A stretch of DNA of 64,000 bases. It comes from Deinococcus sp. (GTDB lineage Bacteria; Deinococcota; Deinococci; Deinococcales; Deinococcaceae). The first letter of the stretch is position 1. Every line of letters starts with the position of its first letter. The stretch is from assembly GCA_965261005.1 (NCBI GenBank), contig OZ253375.1, positions 2,400,001 to 2,464,000 on the forward strand. The letters are read 5' to 3'. Below are positions 32,372-43,213 of this stretch, one piece after another. Both the position numbers and the translations under genes were made by a program. A model generated the notes under the pieces. The model had not been told where the DNA came from. It made no database searches and was given only the letters and a program-made list of their open reading frames with translations.

Positions 32372-33004
32372 ATGATCTCCGCCCCTTGGTCCTTGCGCGG
32401 TCGCGGCCTCGTGGCGCTGTACCGCGCCCGCGCCGAACTGGTCCCGCCCGACGTGCGCGCGACGTTTCGCGGCGGCGTGGCGGCCGTGCTGCTGCTGTCC
32501 TACGAACGCTCCCCGGTCGGCCCCTACCACGAACTGCTGTACATAGGCGGCTTCTTCGACGTGGGCGGCGCCCTACACCCGAGGGTCACGCGCATTCTGG
32601 TGGACAGCCCCGCCAGCTTGGAGGCCGGGCGTGATTTGTGGGGCCTACCCAAGGCGTTGGCGCGCTTCGATTGGCATGACAAGTTCGTTCGTGTGGAACG
32701 GGCGGGCCACCTGGTCGCGGAGTTCGCTTGGCACCCCTTCGGCCCGCGCCTGCCCGCGCTGAGCGCCCCTATTCCAAGGGGATGGCGCACGCTGGTGCAG
32801 CCTTGGTCGGGCGAAACGCGCTTCACCTCACCGCAGGCTGTGGGCCACCTGCGGCTCGCGCGGCTGACCCACGCCCTGGTCAATCCCGCGCTGTTCCCCG
32901 ACGTGGGCGAACGGCCCCTGCTGACTTTGGAGATCAGCGACGTGCGCCTGCTGTTCCCAAAGGCCAAAATTGGGCATGAAAAAAGCGGCCACTCGGGCCG
33001 CTGA
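32372..33004 (+). CDS. Acetoacetate decarboxylase family protein
   Basis: APWSLRG, YERSPVGPYHEL, ILVDSPASLEAGRDLWGLPK. Confidence 0.8.
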   Translation: MISAPWSLRGRGLVALYRARAELVPPDVRATFRGGVAAVLLLSYERSPVGPYHELLYIGGFFDVGGALHPRVTRILVDSPASLEAGRDLWGLPKALARFDWHDKFVRVERAGHLVAEFAWHPFGPRLPALSAPIPRGWRTLVQPWSGETRFTSPQAVGHLRLARLTHALVNPALFPDVGERPLLTLEISDVRLLFPKAKIGHEKSGHSGR

Positions 33005-33060
33005 TTTCTAAAGTGTAGCGTGGTATGCACGGGAAGTCAAGCGTATTCGTCCGGTCCTCC

Positions 33061-34104
33061 CTACGCCTCGCTGCCCAAGTGTTCCCGCGCCCACCCGTAA
33101 AACTCCGGCTTGTAGAACTCCAGCCGAACCTTTTTGTACTCCTTGGTCGAGTACAGGATGTCGTAGTCAACGCCCCGCGCGACCTCGCCCGCGATGGCCT
33201 GAATCTTGCCAAACGCCTCCTCCTTGCTGCGGCCGTGGACCATGGTGAAGATGGTGTAGGGCCACTCGGGGTAGGTGGGGCGCAGGTAACAGTGCGAGAC
33301 GGCCTTGAACTCGGCCATGCGCTGCCCGGTTTGCGCGACCTCCTCCTGCGGCACGGCCCACACGCCCATCGCGTTGAAGGTGAAGCCCGCCTTTTGGTGG
33401 CGGAACACCGCCGACACCCGCCGCAGGGCGCCCGCGCGCTTCATCTGCTCGGCGTGGGCGGCGACCTCTTGAATGGTGAGGCCCAGCGCCTCGCAGGCGG
33501 CGGCGTAGGGTTCCTCGGTCAGCGGCAGGTCCTTTTGAAACTCCACCACGAAGCGGCGGTCAAGGTCGCTGACCGCGTAGCCGACGTTGCGCTGTTCGTT
33601 GGTGTATTGCGGCTTTGCCTTGGCGTTCCAGTCCTCTTTGCCGGTCATGTCGAACTCGACGCCGATCTTGTAGAGGTGCAGGGTGGGCATCAAGCGCGTG
33701 AGGCTTGCGCCCGACAGCTCGTGCAGCTTCTGGACGTGCGCCGCCAGGTCGCTTTCGGGCGGCACGGCGATGGTGTACCACAAATTGAAGTCGTGGTTGC
33801 GCCTGTAGTTGTGGCTGACGCCGGGATGGCCGTTCACGACCTCCGCGACCGCGTCGAGCTTGTCTGGGTCGGCCTTGATCGCCACCAGGCTCGATTGGTA
33901 GCCGAGGGTTCGGGTGTCGAAGATGGCGCTCACCTGCCGCAGCACGCCCCTCTGCTTTTCCTCACGCAGGATGGCGAGCGCCTCCGCCTCGCTCAGGCCC
34001 ACCTCCTCGGCGAGGGCGCAGTAAGGGCGCGCCGTGATGGGAATGTCCTTTTGCACGCGGTTGAGCAGCAACTCGCGCGGGGTGGTCTCCGTGGCGGCGG
34101 TCAT
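33061..34104 (-). CDS. Siroheme decarboxylase-like AhbA/AhbB (NirDL-type) fusion, Lrp/AsnC fold
   Basis: Two Lrp-like halves with GVSHNYRR...NLWYT and AVSHCYLRP...WPYTIFTMVH...ILYSTKEYKK. Confidence 0.85.
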   Translation of the reverse strand: MTAATETTPRELLLNRVQKDIPITARPYCALAEEVGLSEAEALAILREEKQRGVLRQVSAIFDTRTLGYQSSLVAIKADPDKLDAVAEVVNGHPGVSHNYRRNHDFNLWYTIAVPPESDLAAHVQKLHELSGASLTRLMPTLHLYKIGVEFDMTGKEDWNAKAKPQYTNEQRNVGYAVSDLDRRFVVEFQKDLPLTEEPYAAACEALGLTIQEVAAHAEQMKRAGALRRVSAVFRHQKAGFTFNAMGVWAVPQEEVAQTGQRMAEFKAVSHCYLRPTYPEWPYTIFTMVHGRSKEEAFGKIQAIAGEVARGVDYDILYSTKEYKKVRLEFYKPEFYGWAREHLGSEA

Positions 34105-34148
34105 ACCGCCACGCTAACACGCCGCCCGCCGGTCAAAGGTCCCAAGAA

Positions 34149-34526
34149 TTATTCCAGCTCGGCCACGACCTCGATTTCCACCAGCACGTCCCTGGGCAGG
34201 CGTGACACCTCCACCGTGCTGCGCGCCGGATAAGGGGCGCTGAAGTGTTCGGCATATACGGCGTTCAGGTCCGCGAACTGGCCGAGGTCGGTCACGAAGA
34301 CCGTCACCTTGACGGCGCGCTCCAGCGAGCTGCCCGCCGCCGCCAGCACCGCCCGCAAGTTGGCGAACACTTGGCGGGCCTGCGTGTCAATCTGACCTTC
34401 CACGGGGGAGCCGTCGGGGCGCAGCGGAATCTGGCCGCTGGTGAAGACCAAGTGGCCGACCTTGACGGCCTGGCTGTACGGGCCGATGGCGGCGGGGGCG
34501 TCTGGGGTGGTCACGGCCTGCTTCAT
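34149..34526 (-). CDS. RidA family deaminase
   Basis: APAAIGPYSQA, SGQIP, PARSTVEVSRLP, VEIE. Confidence 0.92.
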   Translation of the reverse strand: MKQAVTTPDAPAAIGPYSQAVKVGHLVFTSGQIPLRPDGSPVEGQIDTQARQVFANLRAVLAAAGSSLERAVKVTVFVTDLGQFADLNAVYAEHFSAPYPARSTVEVSRLPRDVLVEIEVVAELE

Positions 34527-34563
34527 ATCACTCCTGGGAGGCCCAAGTTACCGAGCTACACAG

Positions 34564-35697
34564 TTACTCGCTGGCCTCCTGATAATCGCGCCCAGGATAA
34601 TCGCGCTCTGGGTAGGTCTGGCCGGCGACGGTTGGGCCGGCGCGCTCATCCGACCGCAGGGCGCGCGCGGGAAGGCGCAGAACGGCCAGCAGCGCCAGCA
34701 GCGCCACGACGCTCAGCGCCGAAATGGTGGGACGCTGCTCTGGAAACACGATCATGCTCAGCAGCGCCAGGTACACCACGCCGAGAATAGCGTAGGTGAG
34801 CGCGCCGCGCCGCTGCGTGCCCGCGCGAATGGACAGCGCCTCCACCGGGCCGTCTTGGTGCAGGGCGGGCAGCGTGTAGCGCGGCCGGGCGGCCCCCGTG
34901 CGCACCTCGACCACGATCACGGTGATGTTGTCGGGACCGCCCGCCGCGTTGGCCGCCGCGACCAGTTCGGCGGCCAGCTTGGCGGGTTCCAAGCCGCGTC
35001 CCAGCAGCTCGGCGATTTCGGGGTCGTCCAGCACGTCGCTGAGGCCGTCGCTGCACAGCAGCAGGCGGTCGCCGCGCTCCAGCGGCAAGCCCAACAGATC
35101 GAGCCGCACGCGCTCCTCGCCGCCGAGGGCGTTCGACACGATGTTGCGCCATTGGTGGGTGCGGGCCTCGCGCTCGCTGATGATCCCCAAGCGCACCTGC
35201 TCGGCCACCCAGGAATGGTCGCGGGTCAAGCGGGTGAGTTGGCCCGCGCGCCGCAGGTAGGCGCGCGAATCGCCCACGTTGGCGATCAGGGCCGCGCCGC
35301 CGTCCACCACCAGGGCGGTCAGGGTGGTGCCCATGCCCGCCGCGCTGCCGGTGGCGTGGCGGTGCACCGCCGCGCCCGCCGCCTGCACCGCCGCCGCGAG
35401 GCGCTCGGGCGCGGCGGCGCGGCCCCGCGCGTAGCTTTCGCGCAGTTCCTCCAAGGCGAGCTGCGAAGCGACCTCGCCCGCCGCGTGGCCGCCCATCCCG
35501 TCCGCGATGGCGAACAGGCCGCCGCCCTGCGCTTCCAGTACCAGGGCGCTGTCCTCGTTGACCGTCAGCCGCCGCTCACAGCCCACGTCGCTGTGCATGG
35601 CGATCTTGAGAAAGGGCGTGGTGCGCGTGAGGGCGCTGACCTCTTCGGCCAGCGCCCCAGTCACAGCCCTCCCGGTGACGGAACCATCGAACTCCAT
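34564..35697 (-). CDS. PP2C family Ser/Thr protein phosphatase with C-terminal TM segments
   Basis: NEDS, ADGMGGH, GMGTT, NVGDSRAY, LCSDGL, GGPDNIT; start uncertain. Confidence 0.9.
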   Translation of the reverse strand: MEFDGSVTGRAVTGALAEEVSALTRTTPFLKIAMHSDVGCERRLTVNEDSALVLEAQGGGLFAIADGMGGHAAGEVASQLALEELRESYARGRAAAPERLAAAVQAAGAAVHRHATGSAAGMGTTLTALVVDGGAALIANVGDSRAYLRRAGQLTRLTRDHSWVAEQVRLGIISEREARTHQWRNIVSNALGGEERVRLDLLGLPLERGDRLLLCSDGLSDVLDDPEIAELLGRGLEPAKLAAELVAAANAAGGPDNITVIVVEVRTGAARPRYTLPALHQDGPVEALSIRAGTQRRGALTYAILGVVYLALLSMIVFPEQRPTISALSVVALLALLAVLRLPARALRSDERAGPTVAGQTYPERDYPGRDYQEASE

Positions 35698-35797
35698 TCC
35701 ACCAAAGGTAACGGGCAACCCTCTGCGGCGCATGCCCACCAATATAAGGGAATGATGAAGTATAGGAGGGCTTTTTGTTCACAGTTTTGACACCGGC

Positions 35798-35826
35798 TTG
35801 ACGGGTTCGGCGCCGGACCGTAGCCT
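35798..35826 (+). promoter_or_regulatory. Sigma70-type promoter of the pheST leader
   Basis: TTGACG-17 nt-TAGCCT, followed 6 nt later by ATG. Confidence 0.75.
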
Positions 35827-35832
35827 GGACCG

Positions 35833-35895
35833 ATGTTGACGGGCCGCCGCGGTACACCTTCGCCGTTTTTTGGACGCGGGACGCGGCCGGTTTAA
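35833..35895 (+). CDS. Putative pheST leader peptide (20 aa, MLTGRRGTPSPFFGRGTRPV)
   Basis: ATG at the predicted TSS, tandem TTT TTT Phe codons, followed by a terminator upstream of pheS. Confidence 0.7.
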   Translation: MLTGRRGTPSPFFGRGTRPV

Positions 35896-35910
35896 AGCAA
35901 TCCAGGCCCC

Positions 35911-35945
35911 GCCCCGCCCATTGCGGCGGGGCTTTGTTTTGTTTC
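35911..35945 (+). terminator. Attenuator terminator upstream of pheS
   Basis: gccccgcc-cattgc-ggcggggc followed by tttgttttgttt. Confidence 0.75.
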
Positions 35946-35976
35946 CCTTTCACGACTTCCCTTCCTAGGAGACCCC

Positions 35977-37097
35977 ATGTCACGAGATTCGCTTGCCGCC
36001 ATCGCGTCGGCGGACACGCCGGAAGCCCTGCAATCCCTGCGCACCCAGCTGCTCGGCAAAAACGGCGAGGTCACGCAGCAGCTGAGGGGTCTGGGCGCCT
36101 TGCCGCCCGAGGAGCGCAAGGCGCGCGGGGCCGAGATCAACCTGCTCAAACAGGCCCTGGAGGAAGCCTTTGCGCGCCGCGAAACCGAGCTGGAGGGGAG
36201 CGCCTTAAAGGCGCAGCTCGCCGCCGAGGCCCTCGACGTGACCTTGCCGGGTCTTGAGCTGCCCGCCGGGGGGCTGCACGTCATCACGCGCGTTCTCTAC
36301 GAGTTGGAGGACATCTTTGCCGGCATGGGCTACAGCGTCATCGAGGGCCGCGAGGTCGAGGACGAAACCCACAACTTCGACGCCCTGAACATGCCAAGTT
36401 GGCACCCGGCGCGCGACTTGCAGGACACCTTTTGGCTGGAGGACGGCTTCTTCAACGGCTCGCCTACAGATCGGGCAAAGTCCGATCCGCAGGACGCGCC
36501 TCGCCTCGCGTTGCGTACCCACACCTCCAACATGCAGGTGCGCTACATGGAGGCGCACGAACCGCCGCTCAAGATCGTGGTGCCGGGCAAGGTCTACCGC
36601 TACGAGGCGACCGACGCCACCCACGAAAGCATGTTTCACCAGTTCGAGGGCTTGGTGGTGGGGAAGCGCGTGACCATGGCTGACCTCAAGGGGGCCGTCG
36701 CCGAGATGGCGCGGGCGATGTTCGGCGCCGGCGCGCGGGTGCGCTTTCAGCCCAGCTACTACCCCTTCACCGAGCCGGGGGCCGACTTCTCCATCTGGTG
36801 GGACCAGGAGCAGAGGTGGCTGGAACTCGGCGGCAGCGGCATGGTGCATCCCAACGTCTTTCGCGCGGTGGACGATCTGCGTGAGGCGCGGGGCAAGACG
36901 CGCGTCTATGAGGGGATGACCGGCTTCGCCTTCGGCCTCGGCCCCAACCGCATCGCCATGCTCAGGTACGGCATTCCCGACATCCGCTACTTCTACGCCA
37001 ACGACCCGCGCGTGCTGGAGCAGTTCCGGGGCAACTTGGAACGGGGAGAGCTGGGGCAGGATGTGAGCTTGCCACACGACACCGTGCGGGAGACGTT

Positions 37098-37101
<4 letters not shown>
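35977..37101 (+). CDS. pheS: Phenylalanine--tRNA ligase alpha subunit
   Basis: NFDALN, HPARDLQDTF, LRTHTS, FHQFEG, YYPFTEP, GFAFG. Confidence 0.97.
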
Positions 37102-39425
<2,324 letters not shown>

Positions 39426-39475
39426 GCGCGGGGCGCTTCCCATGCGGGCGGCGCCCTGCTATTCTGACCCCACGT

Positions 39476-39552
<77 letters not shown>

Positions 39553-39555
39553 ATC

Positions 39556-39630
<75 letters not shown>

Positions 39631-39638
39631 TGCTTCTT

Positions 39639-39715
39639 GCGCCCTTAGCTCAGCTGGATAGAGCAGCCGCCTTCTAAGCGGCCGGTCCCCCGTTCGAGTC
39701 GGGGAGGGCGCGCCA
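39639..39715 (+). tRNA. tRNA-Arg(TCT)
   Basis: gccgc-cttctaa-gcggc arm, CCA end. Confidence 0.95.
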
Positions 39716-39811
39716 GCGAAAACAACGTCTGACACACAAGGAGAGCGGAGGGCTGAAAAGCCCTCCGCTTCGTTTGACCACTTGCTGACCACTTAGGGGC
39801 TGTGAAATTGC

Positions 39812-40018
39812 TCACTCGCGCTCTTTTGGCAGGGCCGTCAGCTCAAGATTAAGGGCGCCCAGGATTCTCTGCCACACGGCGGGCGGCTTGCCACGCTCTT
39901 GAAGTGCCCGGTTGAGTTCTTGCGGCGTCATGCCAATTTGCCGGGCGAATTCCGCCTGACTGAGGCCCTCCGCCTGAATGCTGAACCGCACCAACTGCCG
40001 GATTCGGCTGTTCATCAT
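39812..40018 (-). CDS. Cro/XRE-like HTH transcriptional regulator
   Basis: GLSQAEFARQIGMTPQELNRAL...ILGALNLEL. Confidence 0.8.
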   Translation of the reverse strand: MMNSRIRQLVRFSIQAEGLSQAEFARQIGMTPQELNRALQERGKPPAVWQRILGALNLELTALPKERE

Positions 40019-40040
40019 CACTCCCCTTCGACTTGCAGTA

Positions 40041-40082
40041 TAAGCCGTATCGGTTGACATAGCAACCGTTTTGGCTTATGAT
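40041..40082 (+). promoter_or_regulatory. Near-consensus sigma70 promoter embedded in a palindromic operator
   Basis: TTGACA(40054)-17-TATGAT(40077); inverted repeat taagcc-N4-cggttg...caaccg-N4-ggctta. Confidence 0.7.
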
Positions 40083-40191
40083 AAGAGCAAGCAGAAGGGG
40101 CGGTCCAACCGCCAAGTCAGAAGCGCCCCCTGCGACCCGCAGGAGCGTCCTATGAGCACTACCAACCCCCCTGAGCGCCACCCTCGCCAGC

Positions 40192-40593
40192 ATGCGTGCC
40201 AACGGTATTCATAGCGTCGTCGGCTTCGCCTTCGACCGGGACTACATCGACTGTGCCGAGTACCGCGCCCTAGTCGTCGTGTACGCCGACGGCCGCCTGT
40301 ACGCCGCCGGCGAGGAAGTCCATCAGGACGCCGACAAGAGCGCCTGGCTCCGGATGGCCTGGGCCGCCACCCGCCGCACTGGCGAGCGCCCCGTCTTGGT
40401 CTGGGCAGAGGCCATCGCCTGCGCCGAGGCCCACACCCTCCACGTCACCCTGGGCAAGCTGGGCGTGCGCGACCACAGCGCCTTCGCGGCGTTCGTGCTG
40501 GGACGGCCTGTGGAGCACTTTTGGGAGCTGAGCCATTTGGGGGCGCGCGAGGTCCGTCTGCGCGCGCTCGCGTTGGAGACCGTGGCGGCCTGA
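40192..40593 (+). CDS. Hypothetical protein (possible frameshifted 5' end from ATG 40152)
   Basis: 133-aa ORF with coding-like composition; followed by the hairpin aaagcgggctgg...ccagcccgcttt. Confidence 0.6.
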   Translation: MRANGIHSVVGFAFDRDYIDCAEYRALVVVYADGRLYAAGEEVHQDADKSAWLRMAWAATRRTGERPVLVWAEAIACAEAHTLHVTLGKLGVRDHSAFAAFVLGRPVEHFWELSHLGAREVRLRALALETVAA

Positions 40594-40642
40594 CGGCGCG
40601 CCTGGCAAAGCGGGCTGGCCCGAATACCAGCCCGCTTTTCTC

Positions 40643-40671
40643 TTGATTTTATATCATTATTGATATAGACT
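40643..40671 (+). promoter_or_regulatory. Leaderless promoter with operator palindrome for the TA pair
   Basis: TTGATT-17-TAGACT-5nt-ATG; tatatca-ttat-tgatata palindrome in the spacer. Confidence 0.65.
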
Positions 40672-40676
40672 AAACC

Positions 40677-40949
40677 ATGCCCGAGATCAGCACCTTTTAC
40701 GGCATTCGCGTCACGGTCAATTGCCGTGACCACCTGCCGCCGCACTTTCACGCGGTCTACAACGACGATGAGGTGCTGATCGATCTGCGCGACCTGAGCG
40801 TGTACCGGGGAGGGCTTCCCAGGCGTGCCCTGCGTTTGGTGCAGGAGTGGGCTGCCGCACACCACGACGAGCTGAAGGCTGTGTGGGCTGCGGCGCAGGC
40901 CAAGCAGCCGCTTTTCAAGATCACCCCCCCTTCCCTGAAAGGAGCATGC
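40677..40949 (+). CDS. DUF4160-family toxin-like domain (reads in frame into the downstream gene)
   Basis: MPEISTFYGIRV...DHLPPHFHAVY...LRLVQEWAAAHHDEL..W. Confidence 0.8.
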
Positions 40950-41474
40950 ATGTACCGAGTCACCGAAGTCACGCCCGGCGAGGGCCTCACCCTGCGCCTT
41001 ACCTACGGCGACGGCGCTGTCATTCACGCCGACGTGAGCGGTCTGCTGAAGGGCGATCCCGGCGTGTTCGCGCCGCTCGCGGATCGCGCCTTTTTCGAGC
41101 GGGTCGTCCCTGGCGAACGCGGGCGCAGCGTCACCTGGCCCGTGGCGGTCGGCGTGCCGAGCCTTGGCGACCTCGACCTCGACGCCGACGTGTTCCGCAT
41201 GAACGACGGCGACCCGGACAAGCCGGACGACATCCGCACCTTGTCGAGCGCGCCGCCAATTCCCGCCGACCCGATCAGCCTGGAGGTCGCCCGCGCCCTT
41301 TCTGAAAGCGGCCTGACCCAGCAGGTCATCGCTGAGAGGACGGGCATGCGGCAGCCTAACGTGGCGCGCCTAGCCGACCCCACGTATCACGGTCACTCGG
41401 TCGCCGCGTTGCGGCGCCTCGCCGAGGCGCTCGGGCAGGAGCTGGAGGTGCGCTTTGTTTCAAAGGCGAGCTGA
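40950..41474 (+). CDS. DUF2442-like antitoxin with C-terminal XRE HTH
   Basis: Own RBS aaggag; LRLTYGDG...GVFAPL.D..FF.RV...VTWP...DLDAD; HTH GLTQQVIAERTGMRQPNVARL. Confidence 0.75.
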   Translation: MYRVTEVTPGEGLTLRLTYGDGAVIHADVSGLLKGDPGVFAPLADRAFFERVVPGERGRSVTWPVAVGVPSLGDLDLDADVFRMNDGDPDKPDDIRTLSSAPPIPADPISLEVARALSESGLTQQVIAERTGMRQPNVARLADPTYHGHSVAALRRLAEALGQELEVRFVSKAS

Positions 41475-41658
41475 CCCAGAGGAAGTCTCCAAAGGAGCGC
41501 TCCACCCAACGGGGCGCGCGAAGCGTCGCCCCTCGCCACCCTGCTCAAGAAACTCTCCGAGACCTAGTCGGGGGCGAAGCTCTCGCTCGCCGCCTTGCGG
41601 GGGCACTTGCCCCCCATCCCGCTCCGCTCACCTCTCTTTGCATCCCGGAAAGGATTCC

Positions 41659-42138
41659 ATGTCCTACCTCGCGATTCTCGAATACGACGGCCGCGCCTAC
41701 GGCGGCTTCTTCCCGGAGCTGCACGTCACCGCTGGCGGCAGCAGTTCCCTGGAGGTGAAGCGCCTGCTCGCCGAGGGCGCCGCCCTGTATCTCTACGAAC
41801 TCGCCGAGCTGGGCCAGGCCGCCCCCCCCGCTCGCCTGCACTCACTTGCGGACGTGCCCACCGCCGACCTGGAAGGCTCCCTGGAAGTCGAGACCGCCCT
41901 GATCGAGCCAGCCCCCATCAACCCGCTGAGCGTGCTGATCGAGCGGGCCATCCGTGAGGCGAGAGAGCGCGACCCCTCGCTGAGCGACACCGAGCTAGCG
42001 AGGCGCATGAACACCTCGCGCGCCTCGCTCTCTCGCCTGCGCGACTTCTTCTACTGGGACCAGAGCGCAACCTCCTTGCGCAAGCTGGAGGCCGCCCTCG
42101 GCATCCGCTTCACCTACGGCTACCAAAAGGCCGGCTGA
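41659..42138 (+). CDS. HicB-like antitoxin with C-terminal HTH (no hicA visible)
   Basis: MSYLAILEYDGRAYGGFFPEL..TAGG..LEVKRLLAEGAALYL; RBS aagga. Confidence 0.72.
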   Translation: MSYLAILEYDGRAYGGFFPELHVTAGGSSSLEVKRLLAEGAALYLYELAELGQAAPPARLHSLADVPTADLEGSLEVETALIEPAPINPLSVLIERAIREARERDPSLSDTELARRMNTSRASLSRLRDFFYWDQSATSLRKLEAALGIRFTYGYQKAG

Positions 42139-42300
42139 GGCCAACCCGAACGCAAAAACATCCCCGCTCAAGCTTGAGCGGGGGCGAATGCAGGGCGAGC
42201 GCTGTGCGGTTGCCCTGGGGCGCGCCAAAGCGCTTGCCCGCTTGCCCGAGTGGCGCTATAGTATGTCCTCGGTTGGCCGTGAGCCAGCCCAGCTTGGCGG

Positions 42301-42377
42301 GGGTCCTTAGCTCAGCCTGGTAGAGCAACGGTCTCCAAAACCGTGGGTCGTAGGTTCGAATCCTTCAGGGCCCGCCA
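42301..42377 (+). tRNA. tRNA-Trp(CCA)
   Basis: acggt-ctccaaa-accgt arm, GGTTCGAATCC, CCA end. Confidence 0.95.
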
Positions 42378-42380
42378 AAG

Positions 42381-42407
42381 AAAAACCCCGCTGTGAGCGG
42401 GGTTTTT
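42381..42407 (+). terminator. Intrinsic terminator after tRNA-Trp
   Basis: aaaaaccccgct-gtg-agcggggttttt. Confidence 0.8.
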
Positions 42408-42471
42408 GCTGTTTAAGGCAGGATGTGATTCTGCCATTTTCGCCCGTTTGGCGTAGTAGTGGCGTAGTAGC

Positions 42472-42795
42472 TCAGTTCAGGGGCGATACCTGGGCGGCCG
42501 GTGCGCTGGGCGCGTGTTCAAAGAGGTCTACCACCGCCGCGCGCCGTTCGTTGTCGGGGACATGGCGGTACACGTCAAGCGTGATGCTCACCCGCGCGTG
42601 TCCCAGCACCTTGGACACCACCTCAACCGGCACGCCGCGCCGCAGGGCCAGCGTGGCGTACGTGTGGCGCAGGTCGTGGGGCGAGATGCCCGGCAAGCGC
42701 TCGCCGGCCGCCGCCACACCTTCAAGCTGGGCCAGCGCCTCGCGGGTCGCCATCCTTGCCACGCCGCCCGCCCGCTTCTTCTTCGCACTGCCCAA
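42472..42795 (-). pseudogene. Tyrosine integrase C-terminal remnant
   Basis: HDLRHTYAT...VSKVLGHARVSITLDVYRHV (box II H-x-x-R, H, Y); no N-terminal or box I region upstream. Confidence 0.85.
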
Positions 42796-43213
42796 GTACC
42801 AGCCGGCCGAAGGGATGGCTCAGGCGGCGGACTGAGGGACGGGATCAGCGCGGGGGTCAATTGGCCCCCGTTTCCTTTTGCCAATATTTTCGCGCGGAAG
42901 AGCGAAGGCGCCGTGCTACAACCGAAGCGTGAAGCGCGCCCTCGCCCTCGCCCTCGCCCTGCTCGCTGCCCCGTGTGCCCTCGCCCAAGTGGCCGCCCCG
43001 CCACCCACGGCCCTCACGCCCGCGAACATGGTGTACAGCCTCGCCGTGAAGCGCAACTGGACGGAGCAAAGCACGCCCTTTTGTTCGGACCGCGCCAATA
43101 CCAACGCGGGCGCGGCTTATCCACGCGCGCCCAAGGCGAAGTACAAGTTCGTCAGGACGTTTGGCTTCACGTCCAACTCCAGCCCCAGCATTGAGCGGCT
43201 GAGCCTTGAATAC

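Larger units (their letters stand above)
39716..42227. mobile_element. Small accessory islet at tRNA-Arg(TCT) carrying HTH and toxin-antitoxin genes
   Basis: 10-bp repeat of the tRNA 3' end (gggcgcgcca at 39706 and 42218); tandem tgaccactt repeats next to the tRNA; accessory cargo; no integrase inside. Confidence 0.5.

Noticed and set aside
35760..35976. T-box riboswitch upstream of pheS
   Set aside because: No GGTGGnACCGCG T-box consensus and the leader is too short; the leader-peptide model fits better.
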